Assembly (NCBI GenBank): GCA_963704805.1
Contig: CAVPHS010000001.1
Coordinates: 850,496 to 914,495, forward strand
Length of the DNA stretch: 64,000 bases
Direction of reading: 5' to 3'
DNA from: an uncultured Gemmatimonadales bacterium
Lineage (GTDB): Bacteria; Gemmatimonadota; Gemmatimonadetes; Gemmatimonadales; GWC2-71-9
Position 1 is the first letter of the stretch; every line of letters starts with the position of its first letter. The translations under genes and the position numbers were made by a program. A model generated the notes under the pieces. It did not search any database and was not told the origin of the DNA. It was given only the letters and a program-made list of their open reading frames with translations. This document shows positions 34,661 through 43,546 of the stretch, piece by piece.

Positions 34661-35449
34661 TTACGTCAGCGATTCCTCGTAGTAGCGGCGCGCGCGTTCC
34701 AGCACGGCAGCCGCGGCAGAGGGAAGGTTCCGCTTTACCCAGAGCATCGTGCGCTGCCCGCTCGGAAACCGTTGCTCGCCGCTATCCCGGCGCCGGCCGT
34801 ATCCAATCATCTGCGACAGCGGGACACCGAACACGTCCCGGCTCGCGGTATCGAGCGCCACGCGGAAGCGATCGTCGTCGGCCGTTCCGATGATGTCCGA
34901 ATGTGTGCGCCCGATTTCCTCGAGCGGGCCGTCGTACGCGTGCTCGTTGTGCACATCGAGCATGTAGCTGCAGAACAGTGAGAAGGGGTACAGGCGCGCG
35001 AGCTCGTTCCAGTACTCTTCGAGCGCAATGGCGGCTCCCTGCTTTCCTTCCTGCCACAGCAGATTCACTATCTCGCCATACGCCCGGGTCGTCCCGCGCC
35101 CGGATGCCTGTACCCGATCGAGTACGGCGCCGACGGTTCGCCGGAAGTCTTCCCACAGTGGCACGTCATTGCAGATGAACTTGCGCATCGTCTGCTCGGC
35201 GTCGTGCAGCTCGAGCTGGCCTGTACTGAGGAACTGACCGGCATCGAGATCGTGCTCGCGCAGGCGGGCGAGGACGAGATCGATGTGGCTCGGCGTCGCG
35301 ATCACGATGACTCCATTGCCGCGCCGCAGGCCCGTCTCCAGGTAAAGCGTGACGGCATCCGTGAGGGCCTGCGGATCGCGGTGCAGCTGAGCGAAGTGCC
35401 GGTTGACGGGAGCTTCGATCAGCAGCGCACTGACAAGCGACGAACTCAT
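34661..35449 (-). CDS. MEDS-domain-like protein (stand-alone)
   Basis: 262 aa. The segments HFAQLHRDPQALTDAVTLYLETGLRRGNGVIVIA... and AYGEIVNLLW... resemble the MEDS sensory domain. Assigned from memory only. Confidence 0.5.
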   Translation of the reverse strand: MSSSLVSALLIEAPVNRHFAQLHRDPQALTDAVTLYLETGLRRGNGVIVIATPSHIDLVLARLREHDLDAGQFLSTGQLELHDAEQTMRKFICNDVPLWEDFRRTVGAVLDRVQASGRGTTRAYGEIVNLLWQEGKQGAAIALEEYWNELARLYPFSLFCSYMLDVHNEHAYDGPLEEIGRTHSDIIGTADDDRFRVALDTASRDVFGVPLSQMIGYGRRRDSGEQRFPSGQRTMLWVKRNLPSAAAAVLERARRYYEESLT

Positions 35450-35572
35450 CTCATTCCTGTCATCAAAGAGTCTTGGGCGGGCAACTTGAGTGGTAGACTA
35501 GGAGTCGACAACGTGGCGCACAATAGCCTCTATGGGACATTCAGTGCGCGTGCCTAAATCCGATGGATTAGC

Positions 35573-36211
35573 TCATCGGAGGGGGACTTGGAAGCTGAGC
35601 TTGATGCCGTCCAGGATGAACTGTACGGCTATTGCCGACAGGACCAGCCCCATGAGCCGGGTCAGGATGCGCATCCCGGTCTGGCCGAGGCGGCGCTCGA
35701 CGATGGACGCGGCTGACAGGACCCAGTAGGTAATCAGCGCGGTAAGGAAAATCGACACGTAGACCGCGACGGTCGCCTCCGCTGATTTTGCGCCGAGCGC
35801 GAGTACCATGACGGTCGAAATCGCGCCCGGTCCCGCGAGCATCGGGACTCCCAGCGGCATGATGCCGATGTCGTCCTTCTGAATGCCCTCTGCTGTCTCG
35901 ACCGGCGTCTCACGCTGCTGGCTGCGCCGCGCCTGGACCATGTCGAGCGCGTTGAGCCCGATGAGCACCCCGCCCGCGATCTTGAAGGCCCCGATCGTGA
36001 TCCCGAAGATTCTGAAGATCATGCTGCCGCCCAGGGCGAACGCCGTGAGCGTGATCGCGCAGGTCCACGCCCCCCGCCGCGCGAGCACGCGCCGCTGCTC
36101 CGGCGAGTCGCGCACCGTCATCGCGAGGAACGTGGGAATGACGGCGAAGGGGTCCACGATGAAGAAGATCGACGTGAAAATCAGCACCAACTGCATGATC
36201 CGGCCGCTCAT
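35573..36211 (-). CDS. MarC/UPF0056 family membrane protein
   Basis: 212 aa, 6 TM segments, IVDPFAVIPTFLAMT motif. Confidence 0.85.
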   Translation of the reverse strand: MSGRIMQLVLIFTSIFFIVDPFAVIPTFLAMTVRDSPEQRRVLARRGAWTCAITLTAFALGGSMIFRIFGITIGAFKIAGGVLIGLNALDMVQARRSQQRETPVETAEGIQKDDIGIMPLGVPMLAGPGAISTVMVLALGAKSAEATVAVYVSIFLTALITYWVLSAASIVERRLGQTGMRILTRLMGLVLSAIAVQFILDGIKLSFQVPLR

Positions 36212-38088
36212 GGAGCGCCTGTATCACCGCGCAACAGCGCCGCGCGGATACCCCGCATCTTTTCGGTCGGCGCCGGCACATCGCGCAACTGGGCGCGTAC
36301 GCGCTGGTACGTCCCAGCGTGAAATCGAATCGTGAGCGGCTGGCCGTCCCGCACGACCTGCACGACGACGGGCGCCTTGGGGCCGATGGCGCGAACCGCC
36401 GCGGTGGCATCGGTTCCGTCGATGATCGCGCGGCCATTAATGCGTACCAGCTCATCGCCCGTGCGTAGACCGGCCGCCTCGGCGCTGCTGCCCGGCGTCG
36501 CCACGGCGCGCCAGCGCCCGCCCTGCACGGCCGGCGGAATCGCGCCGATGCGCCCATCCACCGCGGGCTCTTCGCGGAACACGACGGACCACCCTGCTGC
36601 CCGCAGGTAGTCGTTCCAGGGGATCTCATCGACGCCGCTCACGTACAGCCGCCAGAACTCGGCGAAGTCGTGTCCCGTGGTTCGTCTCACGGTCGCGATG
36701 AGATCGTCCCGCGTAAATCCATGCGCGCCAGCATGGTCCGCGAGATTTCGCATCACATCATCGAGCGACTTTGCGTTGTCGGTGGAATCACGGATCGCAA
36801 GATCGAGCAGAAATCCGAGCAGCTCGCCCTGCAGGTAATACGAGATCACGTAGCTGTCGTTGACGGAGGGGGAATCCCACACCGTCCACGACGAGCGCTC
36901 GGGCGAGACGCGCAGGCGCGCCGGATTGCCGCGGTGATTCCCGATCGAGGTGGCGATGCCCTGCGCGAAATCAGCCGGGCTGTCGAGTCCCGCACGCGCC
37001 AGGAGGAGATCGGCGTAGTAGTCCGTTACGCCTTCGCTCCACCACAGATTGACGGTTCGCACTTCGTGCTCATAGTCGAAGGGGCCCAGCTCGATCGGCC
37101 GGATGCGCTTCACGTTCCAGGCGTGGAAGAACTCGTGCGCGCTCACGGTTTCGGCCGCGCGCGGGTTGCGCGCCAGCGTCTGGGCCGTCACACCGATGGT
37201 CGTGGAGTTGAGGTGCTCCAGCCCGCCGCCTCGTCCGGCCACGAAAATGAAGGTGTAGTCCTTGTAGGGCGCGCCGCGGAAGATCGCGACACCGGCTTCC
37301 GCGATGCGCCGCAGCATGTCGACGAACACCGCGGGCGCGTATGCACGGGCCCCCCCCCCGCCCAGATCCACGACGGCGCGATGCGGTGTCCCAGCCGCGG
37401 TGAAGCTGTACGACAGGAAATGGCCGAGCAGCGCGGGAGAATCGATCAGCACGTCATAGCTCGCTGCCCAGAAAAGCACGCTGTCGGTGGTGGGCAGGCT
37501 GGTGGCGACGCGCCAGCGCGGGGGCAACCGGAACGTCAGCATCGCCGACAATAGTTTTGCGCCGTCCAGGTACATGAAAGTGCGCGGCCCGTCGACGACT
37601 CCCGAGGAGGAGCGGAGGAACCAGCGATTGTTCGGGCGACGCCACTGCACCGTGTCGCGCAAACCGGCGCGGTAGGTGACCGTAATTTCCCTCGCGCCTC
37701 GCGTATCCACGACCCACGAGATCGGGGAATCGTGGTGCACCGCCAGCTCCTCACCGCCGCCGCCCGTCGCCTCGACGTCGCTGATGTTCTGGTCCGAGTC
37801 CATCAGCCGGTAAGCGCCCGGGGCCCAATTGGGGATGACGAGGCGGCTGGGATTGGGAGGATGCGTGATTTTCAGCTCGACCGCGTACGCCAGCAGGTCG
37901 GGCGGGACCGTGAGCGTGTACGCGAGCTGGGGTGTGGAATCTGACGCGCTCCCCTGAAGGAGCGTGAGCAGCAGCAGGATCAAAGCGCGACCTGCACCAC
38001 GCGATCTTTGCCCATCCTTTTGGCGTCGTACATCGCCTGGTCGGCCCGGCGGAGCAGATCGTCCGTGCTGGAGTCGGTCGCCGTGCAC
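36208..38088 (-). CDS. M61 glycyl-aminopeptidase-like metallopeptidase with C-terminal PDZ
   Basis: Contains HEFFHAWNVKR (HExxH) and a PDZ-like GLRTGDELVRINGRAI. The start is uncertain. ATG 38088 overlaps the upstream GGDEF gene by 109 nt. TTG 37983 would give a TTGA overlap and the N-terminus MILLLLTLLQG. Confidence 0.8.
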   Translation of the reverse strand: MHGDRLQHGRSAPPGRPGDVRRQKDGQRSRGAGRALILLLLTLLQGSASDSTPQLAYTLTVPPDLLAYAVELKITHPPNPSRLVIPNWAPGAYRLMDSDQNISDVEATGGGGEELAVHHDSPISWVVDTRGAREITVTYRAGLRDTVQWRRPNNRWFLRSSSGVVDGPRTFMYLDGAKLLSAMLTFRLPPRWRVATSLPTTDSVLFWAASYDVLIDSPALLGHFLSYSFTAAGTPHRAVVDLGGGGARAYAPAVFVDMLRRIAEAGVAIFRGAPYKDYTFIFVAGRGGGLEHLNSTTIGVTAQTLARNPRAAETVSAHEFFHAWNVKRIRPIELGPFDYEHEVRTVNLWWSEGVTDYYADLLLARAGLDSPADFAQGIATSIGNHRGNPARLRVSPERSSWTVWDSPSVNDSYVISYYLQGELLGFLLDLAIRDSTDNAKSLDDVMRNLADHAGAHGFTRDDLIATVRRTTGHDFAEFWRLYVSGVDEIPWNDYLRAAGWSVVFREEPAVDGRIGAIPPAVQGGRWRAVATPGSSAEAAGLRTGDELVRINGRAIIDGTDATAAVRAIGPKAPVVVQVVRDGQPLTIRFHAGTYQRVRAQLRDVPAPTEKMRGIRAALLRGDTGAP

Positions 38089-38810
38089 GACACCACGCCA
38101 ATACTCGCTGTGACGTTCGGCGTTCCCTGAAACACGTTGCGGAGCCCGGCAACGAGCCGCTTGGCGGCGGCGTCCGCGAGCTGGGCATCGGTCTCCGGCA
38201 TCAGCACGGCGAACTCGTCGCCGCCGAGCCGCCCCACGATATCGGAGTGTCGGACGGACGATCGCATGGCATCCGCGACGAGCCGCAGCACCGCATCGCC
38301 CGTTTGGTGGCCATGCGTGTCGTTGATGTTCTTGAAGTCATCGAGATCCATATAGAGGAGCGCGAGGGGTCCCGGATAGCGCCGGTTGCGGTCCAGCTCC
38401 TCACTCAGCCGGTCGGCGAAGGCGCGCGCATTCAGCACGTTGGTCAGCGGATCCTGGATCACGAGCTGAGCGAGCTGCGCCTGACTGCGCCGCAGCGACT
38501 GCAGACCTGCCATCGCGACCGCCAGGACCGCGACGTACGCGGCGCCATTGGCGATGCGCCATGCTACTGCCGTATCTGCGGGCATCTGATCCCACGCCAC
38601 GGTCTCGCGGAGGGCGATCGAGGCGATCCCGAACACGATCCCCCAGACGACGCCATCCGTCCAGGTGACCAGCAAGACTGGAATGATGTAGAGGACGCCC
38701 AGGCGGGCGCTCGTGGGGGTTACGGCGTTTGCCCAATACACGAGCGCCGTGAGCAGCACGTAGCCCACGAGGCGAAGCAGCTGGCGCACGGTTGGCGACG
38801 GCGCTATCAA
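37980..38810 (-). CDS. Membrane-anchored diguanylate cyclase (GGDEF)
   Basis: 276 aa with 4 N-terminal TM segments, GGDEF (RLGGDEFAV) and an RxxD I-site (RHSD) 5 residues upstream. Confidence 0.9.
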   Translation of the reverse strand: MIAPSPTVRQLLRLVGYVLLTALVYWANAVTPTSARLGVLYIIPVLLVTWTDGVVWGIVFGIASIALRETVAWDQMPADTAVAWRIANGAAYVAVLAVAMAGLQSLRRSQAQLAQLVIQDPLTNVLNARAFADRLSEELDRNRRYPGPLALLYMDLDDFKNINDTHGHQTGDAVLRLVADAMRSSVRHSDIVGRLGGDEFAVLMPETDAQLADAAAKRLVAGLRNVFQGTPNVTASIGVVSCTATDSSTDDLLRRADQAMYDAKRMGKDRVVQVAL

Positions 38811-40039
38811 AAGGGTGCTTCCGCCACGTGCTGGGGATCGTCCAGGATCAAGGCCTGCAGCTCCGTGCCGGCCGCGACGGCCGGCATTTCAGCCGGGACG
38901 ATGAGCAGGGCGTTCGCGCGTGCCATGCTCGTGAGAATGCCAGACCCCTGCGGTCCTGTCAAACGTGCCTCTCCATTCTCTACTATAACGCGAAGGAAGT
39001 GTCGCAGCCTGGGGCCCAGCGTCACCGGTTCGCGTACCACGACTGGGACCGCTCTGCGAAACGGCAGGAGATGGCCCTGCATGCGGCGGATCGCGGGACG
39101 CACGAACAGCTCGAACGTCACCATGGTGCTCACGGGATTGCCCGGCAGCCCGATCCACGGGATGCCGCCGATAACCCCGAATCCCACCGGCGCCCCCGGC
39201 CGCATGGCGATGCGCCAGAGCTTCAGCTCACCGCCCATCTCCTGCAGTACGTCGCGCACGAAGTCGTGCTCTCCCACGCTGACGCCCGCCGTCGTTACCA
39301 CGAGGTCGGCGCTCTCCGTCCGGGCGCGTTGCAGGTGCTCGCGCAAACTCTCCTTCGTATCGCGCGCGATGCCAAGACTCACCGGCTCGGCCCCCCCCCC
39401 GGTGCGGCGAATCAACGCGTCGAGGGTGTAGGAGTTGGAGCTCGCGATCTTCTTGCCCGCGAGGATCTCCTCTTTCCGGTCGAGGTCGACGATCTCGTCG
39501 CCCGATCCCAGATACGCGACGCGTGGGGCGCGGTGAACCGTCGCCTGATCGTGCGCGATCGACGCGAGCACACCGAGCTGGGCGGGGCCCAGCGCCGTGC
39601 CGGCTGCCAGGACCACCGTGCCCCGGGTGATGTCTTCGCCGCGCCGACGAACGTTCTTCTTGGCGTCGCGGGCGTTCTTGATCGTGACTTTGCCGTTGGA
39701 AGACGAGGCGGTGTCTTCCTGGCGGATTACGGTATCGGCGCCTGCGGGGAGCGGCGCGCCGGTGAAGATGCGTATCGCCTGCCGCGGCCCGACTGTTTTG
39801 CTGGGAAATTGGCCGGCGGGCACGGTTTCGATGACGTCGAGATCCGTGTCGCTGCCCGTCAGGTCCGCGCTGCGAACGGCGTAGCCATCCATCGCGGAGT
39901 TGTCCCAGGGCGGCAGATCGATCGGGCTCGTCACGTCTTCGGCCAGCACAGCATCGAGCGCCGCGCGCAGCGGGCGCCGCACCGGCGGCAGCGGGTGGAA
40001 ATGGCTGATGATGAGGCGCGCCGCCTCCGCGGGCGTCAT
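38807..40039 (-). CDS. moeA: Molybdopterin molybdotransferase MoeA
   Basis: The start ATG 40039 overlaps the mobB stop (ATGA). Contains GLPGNPVS and the MoeA domain order. Confidence 0.92.
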   Translation of the reverse strand: MTPAEAARLIISHFHPLPPVRRPLRAALDAVLAEDVTSPIDLPPWDNSAMDGYAVRSADLTGSDTDLDVIETVPAGQFPSKTVGPRQAIRIFTGAPLPAGADTVIRQEDTASSSNGKVTIKNARDAKKNVRRRGEDITRGTVVLAAGTALGPAQLGVLASIAHDQATVHRAPRVAYLGSGDEIVDLDRKEEILAGKKIASSNSYTLDALIRRTGGGAEPVSLGIARDTKESLREHLQRARTESADLVVTTAGVSVGEHDFVRDVLQEMGGELKLWRIAMRPGAPVGFGVIGGIPWIGLPGNPVSTMVTFELFVRPAIRRMQGHLLPFRRAVPVVVREPVTLGPRLRHFLRVIVENGEARLTGPQGSGILTSMARANALLIVPAEMPAVAAGTELQALILDDPQHVAEAPF

Positions 40040-40569
40040 GGCGCCAGAATCTTCGCGCGGTCCCAGGCGAGATTGGCCACGGTCACGAGCCACGCGGTAT
40101 CGCTGAAACGAAATACGGGGAAGGGCGCACGGTAGCGGGTGTCGTCGGTGACCATCGCGACCCAGTCGCCGGGATCGTGCACCGCGGGATCAAAGATGGG
40201 TTTGGGGCCGACCACCGCGCGATACACTTCGATCTTGGGGAGTGGTGCTCGCTTGAAACCCTCCACCAGCACGATATCGGCATCACTCAGATAGCGCCGC
40301 ACCAGGGTAATCGGATCGGATTCCGCGCTGGTCCGCTCGAACAGCACCCGTTGGCCCGGCGCTTCCATGAGCACACGCTCCGCATTGCCTTCGTGCCAGT
40401 GGCGCCAGGTGTCTTTCCCTTTTTGATCCATGTCGGCGGGATGGGAGCCGTGCTTGATCGTCATCACCCGGAACTTGCGGCGTGCGAGCTCCGCCGCGAG
40501 CGCGACGAGAAACGTCGTCTTGCCCGCATTCTTGAGCCCGATGATCGAGATCATGCGCGTTGCCGCCAC
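40036..40569 (-). CDS. mobB: Molybdopterin-guanine dinucleotide biosynthesis adapter MobB
   Basis: 177 aa, Walker A motif GLKNAGKTT. Confidence 0.9.
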   Translation of the reverse strand: MAATRMISIIGLKNAGKTTFLVALAAELARRKFRVMTIKHGSHPADMDQKGKDTWRHWHEGNAERVLMEAPGQRVLFERTSAESDPITLVRRYLSDADIVLVEGFKRAPLPKIEVYRAVVGPKPIFDPAVHDPGDWVAMVTDDTRYRAPFPVFRFSDTAWLVTVANLAWDRAKILAP

Positions 40570-41171
40570 AGCGCCTCCGCCCGCTCCAGATCCGCCGGCG
40601 TGTTCACGTTGAAGAAGATCCGCTCCGGGTCGCCAAAGTCCCTCACACGAGCGAGTGAGAGGATACCGACGCGCACGTCGGGGTGGAAGGAGACTGCACG
40701 CAAGTCACCGCTGTCGAGGCGTTTCTCGATCGCGGTGCGGCAGCGGGGCCCGTACACGGCGCACAATGGCTCGAGGCCGCGCCGTCCGGAGCTCTCGGGC
40801 AGATATGCGTCGTACCCGCCGGATTCGGCGCCGTCCTTCAGGGCTCGCAGCAGGGCCTCCGGGACGAACGGCATATCCCAGGCGACACACATCACCGGGT
40901 CCGCCCCCCCCGCCCCCCCCGTGGCCGACACCGCGGTGTAGATCCCGCCGAGGCTGCCGCAGCCAGGTCGTGAATCGGGGACGGTCTTCAGGTCGGGCCG
41001 CCACGTCGCGGCGTCGGGCGCGTTCGCCACGAGCAGCGGCGGCACGCCCGTCACCGCGTTCACGGTTTCAACGACGCGATCGAGAATCCGGCGGCCGCCA
41101 ACCTCGAGCAGACCTTTAGGAACCCCACCGTACCGGCTCGCCGCACCACCCGCCAGCACTGCTCCGCGCAA
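40551..41171 (-). CDS. mobA: Molybdenum cofactor guanylyltransferase MobA
   Basis: 206 aa with LAGGAASRYGGVPKGL. The TTG start directly follows the upstream stop. Contains a (C8G)x2 run at 40904..40921. Confidence 0.88.
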   Translation of the reverse strand: MRGAVLAGGAASRYGGVPKGLLEVGGRRILDRVVETVNAVTGVPPLLVANAPDAATWRPDLKTVPDSRPGCGSLGGIYTAVSATGGAGGADPVMCVAWDMPFVPEALLRALKDGAESGGYDAYLPESSGRRGLEPLCAVYGPRCRTAIEKRLDSGDLRAVSFHPDVRVGILSLARVRDFGDPERIFFNVNTPADLERAEALWRQRA

Positions 41172-41975
41172 TCAGTAGCGCCTTCCGCGCGCCTGTTCGA
41201 GCACCACGTCCAGCCCCAGGGTCAGAGAAAAGTGGTGGTAGTAGCGGCTTTCAGTCGGGGCGAGGAGCGTCGCGGGATCGGCGCGTCCCGTCACGCGCTC
41301 GAAGGAGGTGATGGCATCGCGCACCTCGAGGCGGAACTGGTAGCCGCCGTCCTTACCGAGGGGCTGGGTAACTCCGGCCGCGAAGCCGAACAACGGTGCG
41401 CTGCTGCGCGGCGAAGGATCGTCGATGATAGGCACCGGCTGGGGGCCCAGAATGGTGAGATAGTTGCCGACCACCTGCACGGCGCTGTGGGGCATCGTGA
41501 CGATGCCGAAGTTGCCACGCACGTACGGACTGAGCGACCGGCTGGCGGACGCGCGCAGCGTCGCGCCGACGAAGAGGCTGATGGAACCGCCGGCACCCGC
41601 GCGCGAGGCGATGTCGTTGCAAGCGCCCTGAATTCTGCCGCTGTCCGCGGGGGAGAGGTGGACGTCGGTGCAGCCATCGTCATACGGCAGGCCGATGTAC
41701 GAAATCTCGGCGTGCATGCCAAGATGCGGCGAGAAGAAGTAGGTCGCCGACGCACCGACCACGATGCTGGACGAAACCTCCCGCGTGAGGTGCAGTGTGT
41801 CGTACTCACCGGGAACGCCGGCAACCGCGACGGGTTGCCTGTCGACTTCCCAAAGCGAGTGGCCACTGACCGCACCGCCCAGAATCGTCAGCACGAGCTG
41901 CGCGCGCGACGGCGTCTGCGCGCTGGCGGTGGACACGGAGACGAGTACCACGAATACGCACGGGACAAGTCTCAT
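41172..41975 (-). CDS. Hypothetical outer-membrane beta-barrel protein
   Basis: Signal peptide MRLVPCVFVVLVSVSTASAQ, alternating beta pattern, aromatic C-terminus (..GRRY). Confidence 0.6.
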   Translation of the reverse strand: MRLVPCVFVVLVSVSTASAQTPSRAQLVLTILGGAVSGHSLWEVDRQPVAVAGVPGEYDTLHLTREVSSSIVVGASATYFFSPHLGMHAEISYIGLPYDDGCTDVHLSPADSGRIQGACNDIASRAGAGGSISLFVGATLRASASRSLSPYVRGNFGIVTMPHSAVQVVGNYLTILGPQPVPIIDDPSPRSSAPLFGFAAGVTQPLGKDGGYQFRLEVRDAITSFERVTGRADPATLLAPTESRYYHHFSLTLGLDVVLEQARGRRY

Positions 41976-42388
41976 CGACCCTCGAGGTGACTGTGTTCGA
42001 CGGCCAGGCAGTGATCCATCACGAACGGAACGCCGGCAGCGGCAGCACGGGCCTGTGCCGCCGGATCAACGACGCCCTGCTGCAGCCAGATCAACTGCGG
42101 CCGTATCGCGATCGCTTCATCGACGACCGCGCCCGCATGCTCGCTGCGGCGGAACACGTCCACGATGTCGATCGTGTGATCGCGCGCCGCCGCGGTGAGG
42201 GTGGGATAGCTCTTTTCGCCAAGAATGGTGTTGTGTCCCGGATTGATCGGCACGATGTGGTAGCCCGAGCGCTGCAGATAGCTGGCGACGGAGTGGCTCG
42301 GCCGAATCGGTTTGGGCGACAAGCCCACAACCCCGATGGTGCGCGCCCGCCGCAGCAACGCGCGCAGCTCGTCCTCTGAAGGCATCAT
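41972..42388 (-). CDS. CoA-binding protein (YccU/YneT-like)
   Basis: 138 aa with the Rossmann-like segment IGVVGLSPKPIRPSHSVASYLQRSGYHIVPINP. Confidence 0.85.
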   Translation of the reverse strand: MMPSEDELRALLRRARTIGVVGLSPKPIRPSHSVASYLQRSGYHIVPINPGHNTILGEKSYPTLTAAARDHTIDIVDVFRRSEHAGAVVDEAIAIRPQLIWLQQGVVDPAAQARAAAAGVPFVMDHCLAVEHSHLEGR

Positions 42389-43137
42389 CCCTCGGGCCGG
42401 TGGACGTGGGGCGTGCCACTGACCGCGCGGCCGACCAGCACCATTCCCGAGCGCTGCGCGATCGTGACCGCCAGGCTCGACGGGACGCTCGGCGTCGCGA
42501 CCCAGGCAAGCCCGGCGCGCGCGGCCTTGAAGGCGAGCTCGGCGGAAATGCGCCCCGTGACGAGCAAGCCGTTGCCCACGATCCCGGTACGCGCGAGTAC
42601 CGCCGCACCGATCACCTTGTCCACCGCGTTATGCCGCCCAATGTCTTCGGCGTGGAACAACAGCGCAGTGCCCCCCCCGCCCCCCCCGCCCCCCCCGCCC
42701 CCCCCGTCCGTGAGCGCCGCGGCATGAATGCCGCCGGTTTCATTGTAGCGCTGGCCGCTCGCGAACAGCTGTTTGAACAGTGTGCGAAGCGTCTCCGCTG
42801 ACGGTGGCTCCCCGCGGGCCGGCGTATGCGACATCGCGTTCGGATCGGCGAGCATCGTAGCGACGGCCCCGCACCCCGACGCGAGCACCCGCTTGCGATT
42901 CTCCCCTTTCACCTGCGCCACACGCTCCGGCTTGACGTCCGCCCAGAAGCCGAGGTCCGGCGCGCAGGGGCGCAGCTGCAGCAGATCGTCGAGCGACGCG
43001 ATGTATCCCTCGCCGTGGAGCCAGCCGACGGCGAGCTCCTCCAGCTGGTCGGGCGTGCACATCCACGTCACCGCCGGTTCGCCGTTTACCTCGAGCCAGA
43101 CCGGCCATTCTTCGACCACGGCCGATTCGGCCTGCAT
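42385..43137 (-). CDS. fdhD: Formate dehydrogenase accessory sulfurtransferase FdhD
   Basis: ATG 43137 (MQAESAVVEEWPVWLEVNG) lies 5 nt after the queD stop. Contains EDIGRHNAVDK and a 12-Gly insert encoded by 42671..42706. Confidence 0.88.
   Translation of the reverse strand: MQAESAVVEEWPVWLEVNGEPAVTWMCTPDQLEELAVGWLHGEGYIASLDDLLQLRPCAPDLGFWADVKPERVAQVKGENRKRVLASGCGAVATMLADPNAMSHTPARGEPPSAETLRTLFKQLFASGQRYNETGGIHAAALTDGGGGGGGGGGGGTALLFHAEDIGRHNAVDKVIGAAVLARTGIVGNGLLVTGRISAELAFKAARAGLAWVATPSVPSSLAVTIAQRSGMVLVGRAVSGTPHVHRPEG
42671..42706. repeat. (C8G)x4 nonamer array, i.e. four G8 runs on the coding strand
   Basis: Read directly as cccccccc g cccccccc g cccccccc g cccccccc g. It encodes G12 in FdhD. 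Confidence 0.95.
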
Positions 43138-43144
43138 GCGGCCT

Positions 43145-43543
43145 CTACGGTTCGCCGTAGTATTCGGAATAGAGGTTCGCTCCCTCCTGCACGCGCACGC
43201 GATGAAGTGCGACTCCCGGCGGCAATCCCCCTTCGATGATGCGCTCCCACAGATACACTGCGACGCTTTCCCCGGTCGCGAGCCATGTGCCTGGGGCAAA
43301 GGTGGCGATGTCTTCGTTGATGTGCCGTCCGTCAAATGGCGCGACGACCTCGCGCTTGAGCAGCGCGTCGAGCGCCTTCAGGCTCATCACACCGCCGCGC
43401 TTCGGATCGAACCGGCCCTTCACCGTCACCTCGCACTTATAAAGATGACTGTGATCGGCGGTTGCGCCTGCGAAGTCAGGAAGGTCGGGAAAGCGGTGAG
43501 TTGCCGTAAACTCCACCACCCTTGTGAGATAGGCAGTCGGCAT
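43145..43543 (-). CDS. queD: 6-carboxytetrahydropterin synthase / PTPS-family protein
   Basis: 132 aa with THRF...DHSHLYKCEVTVKG, typical of the PTPS/QueD fold. Confidence 0.85.
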   Translation of the reverse strand: MPTAYLTRVVEFTATHRFPDLPDFAGATADHSHLYKCEVTVKGRFDPKRGGVMSLKALDALLKREVVAPFDGRHINEDIATFAPGTWLATGESVAVYLWERIIEGGLPPGVALHRVRVQEGANLYSEYYGEP

Positions 43544-43546
43544 CCT

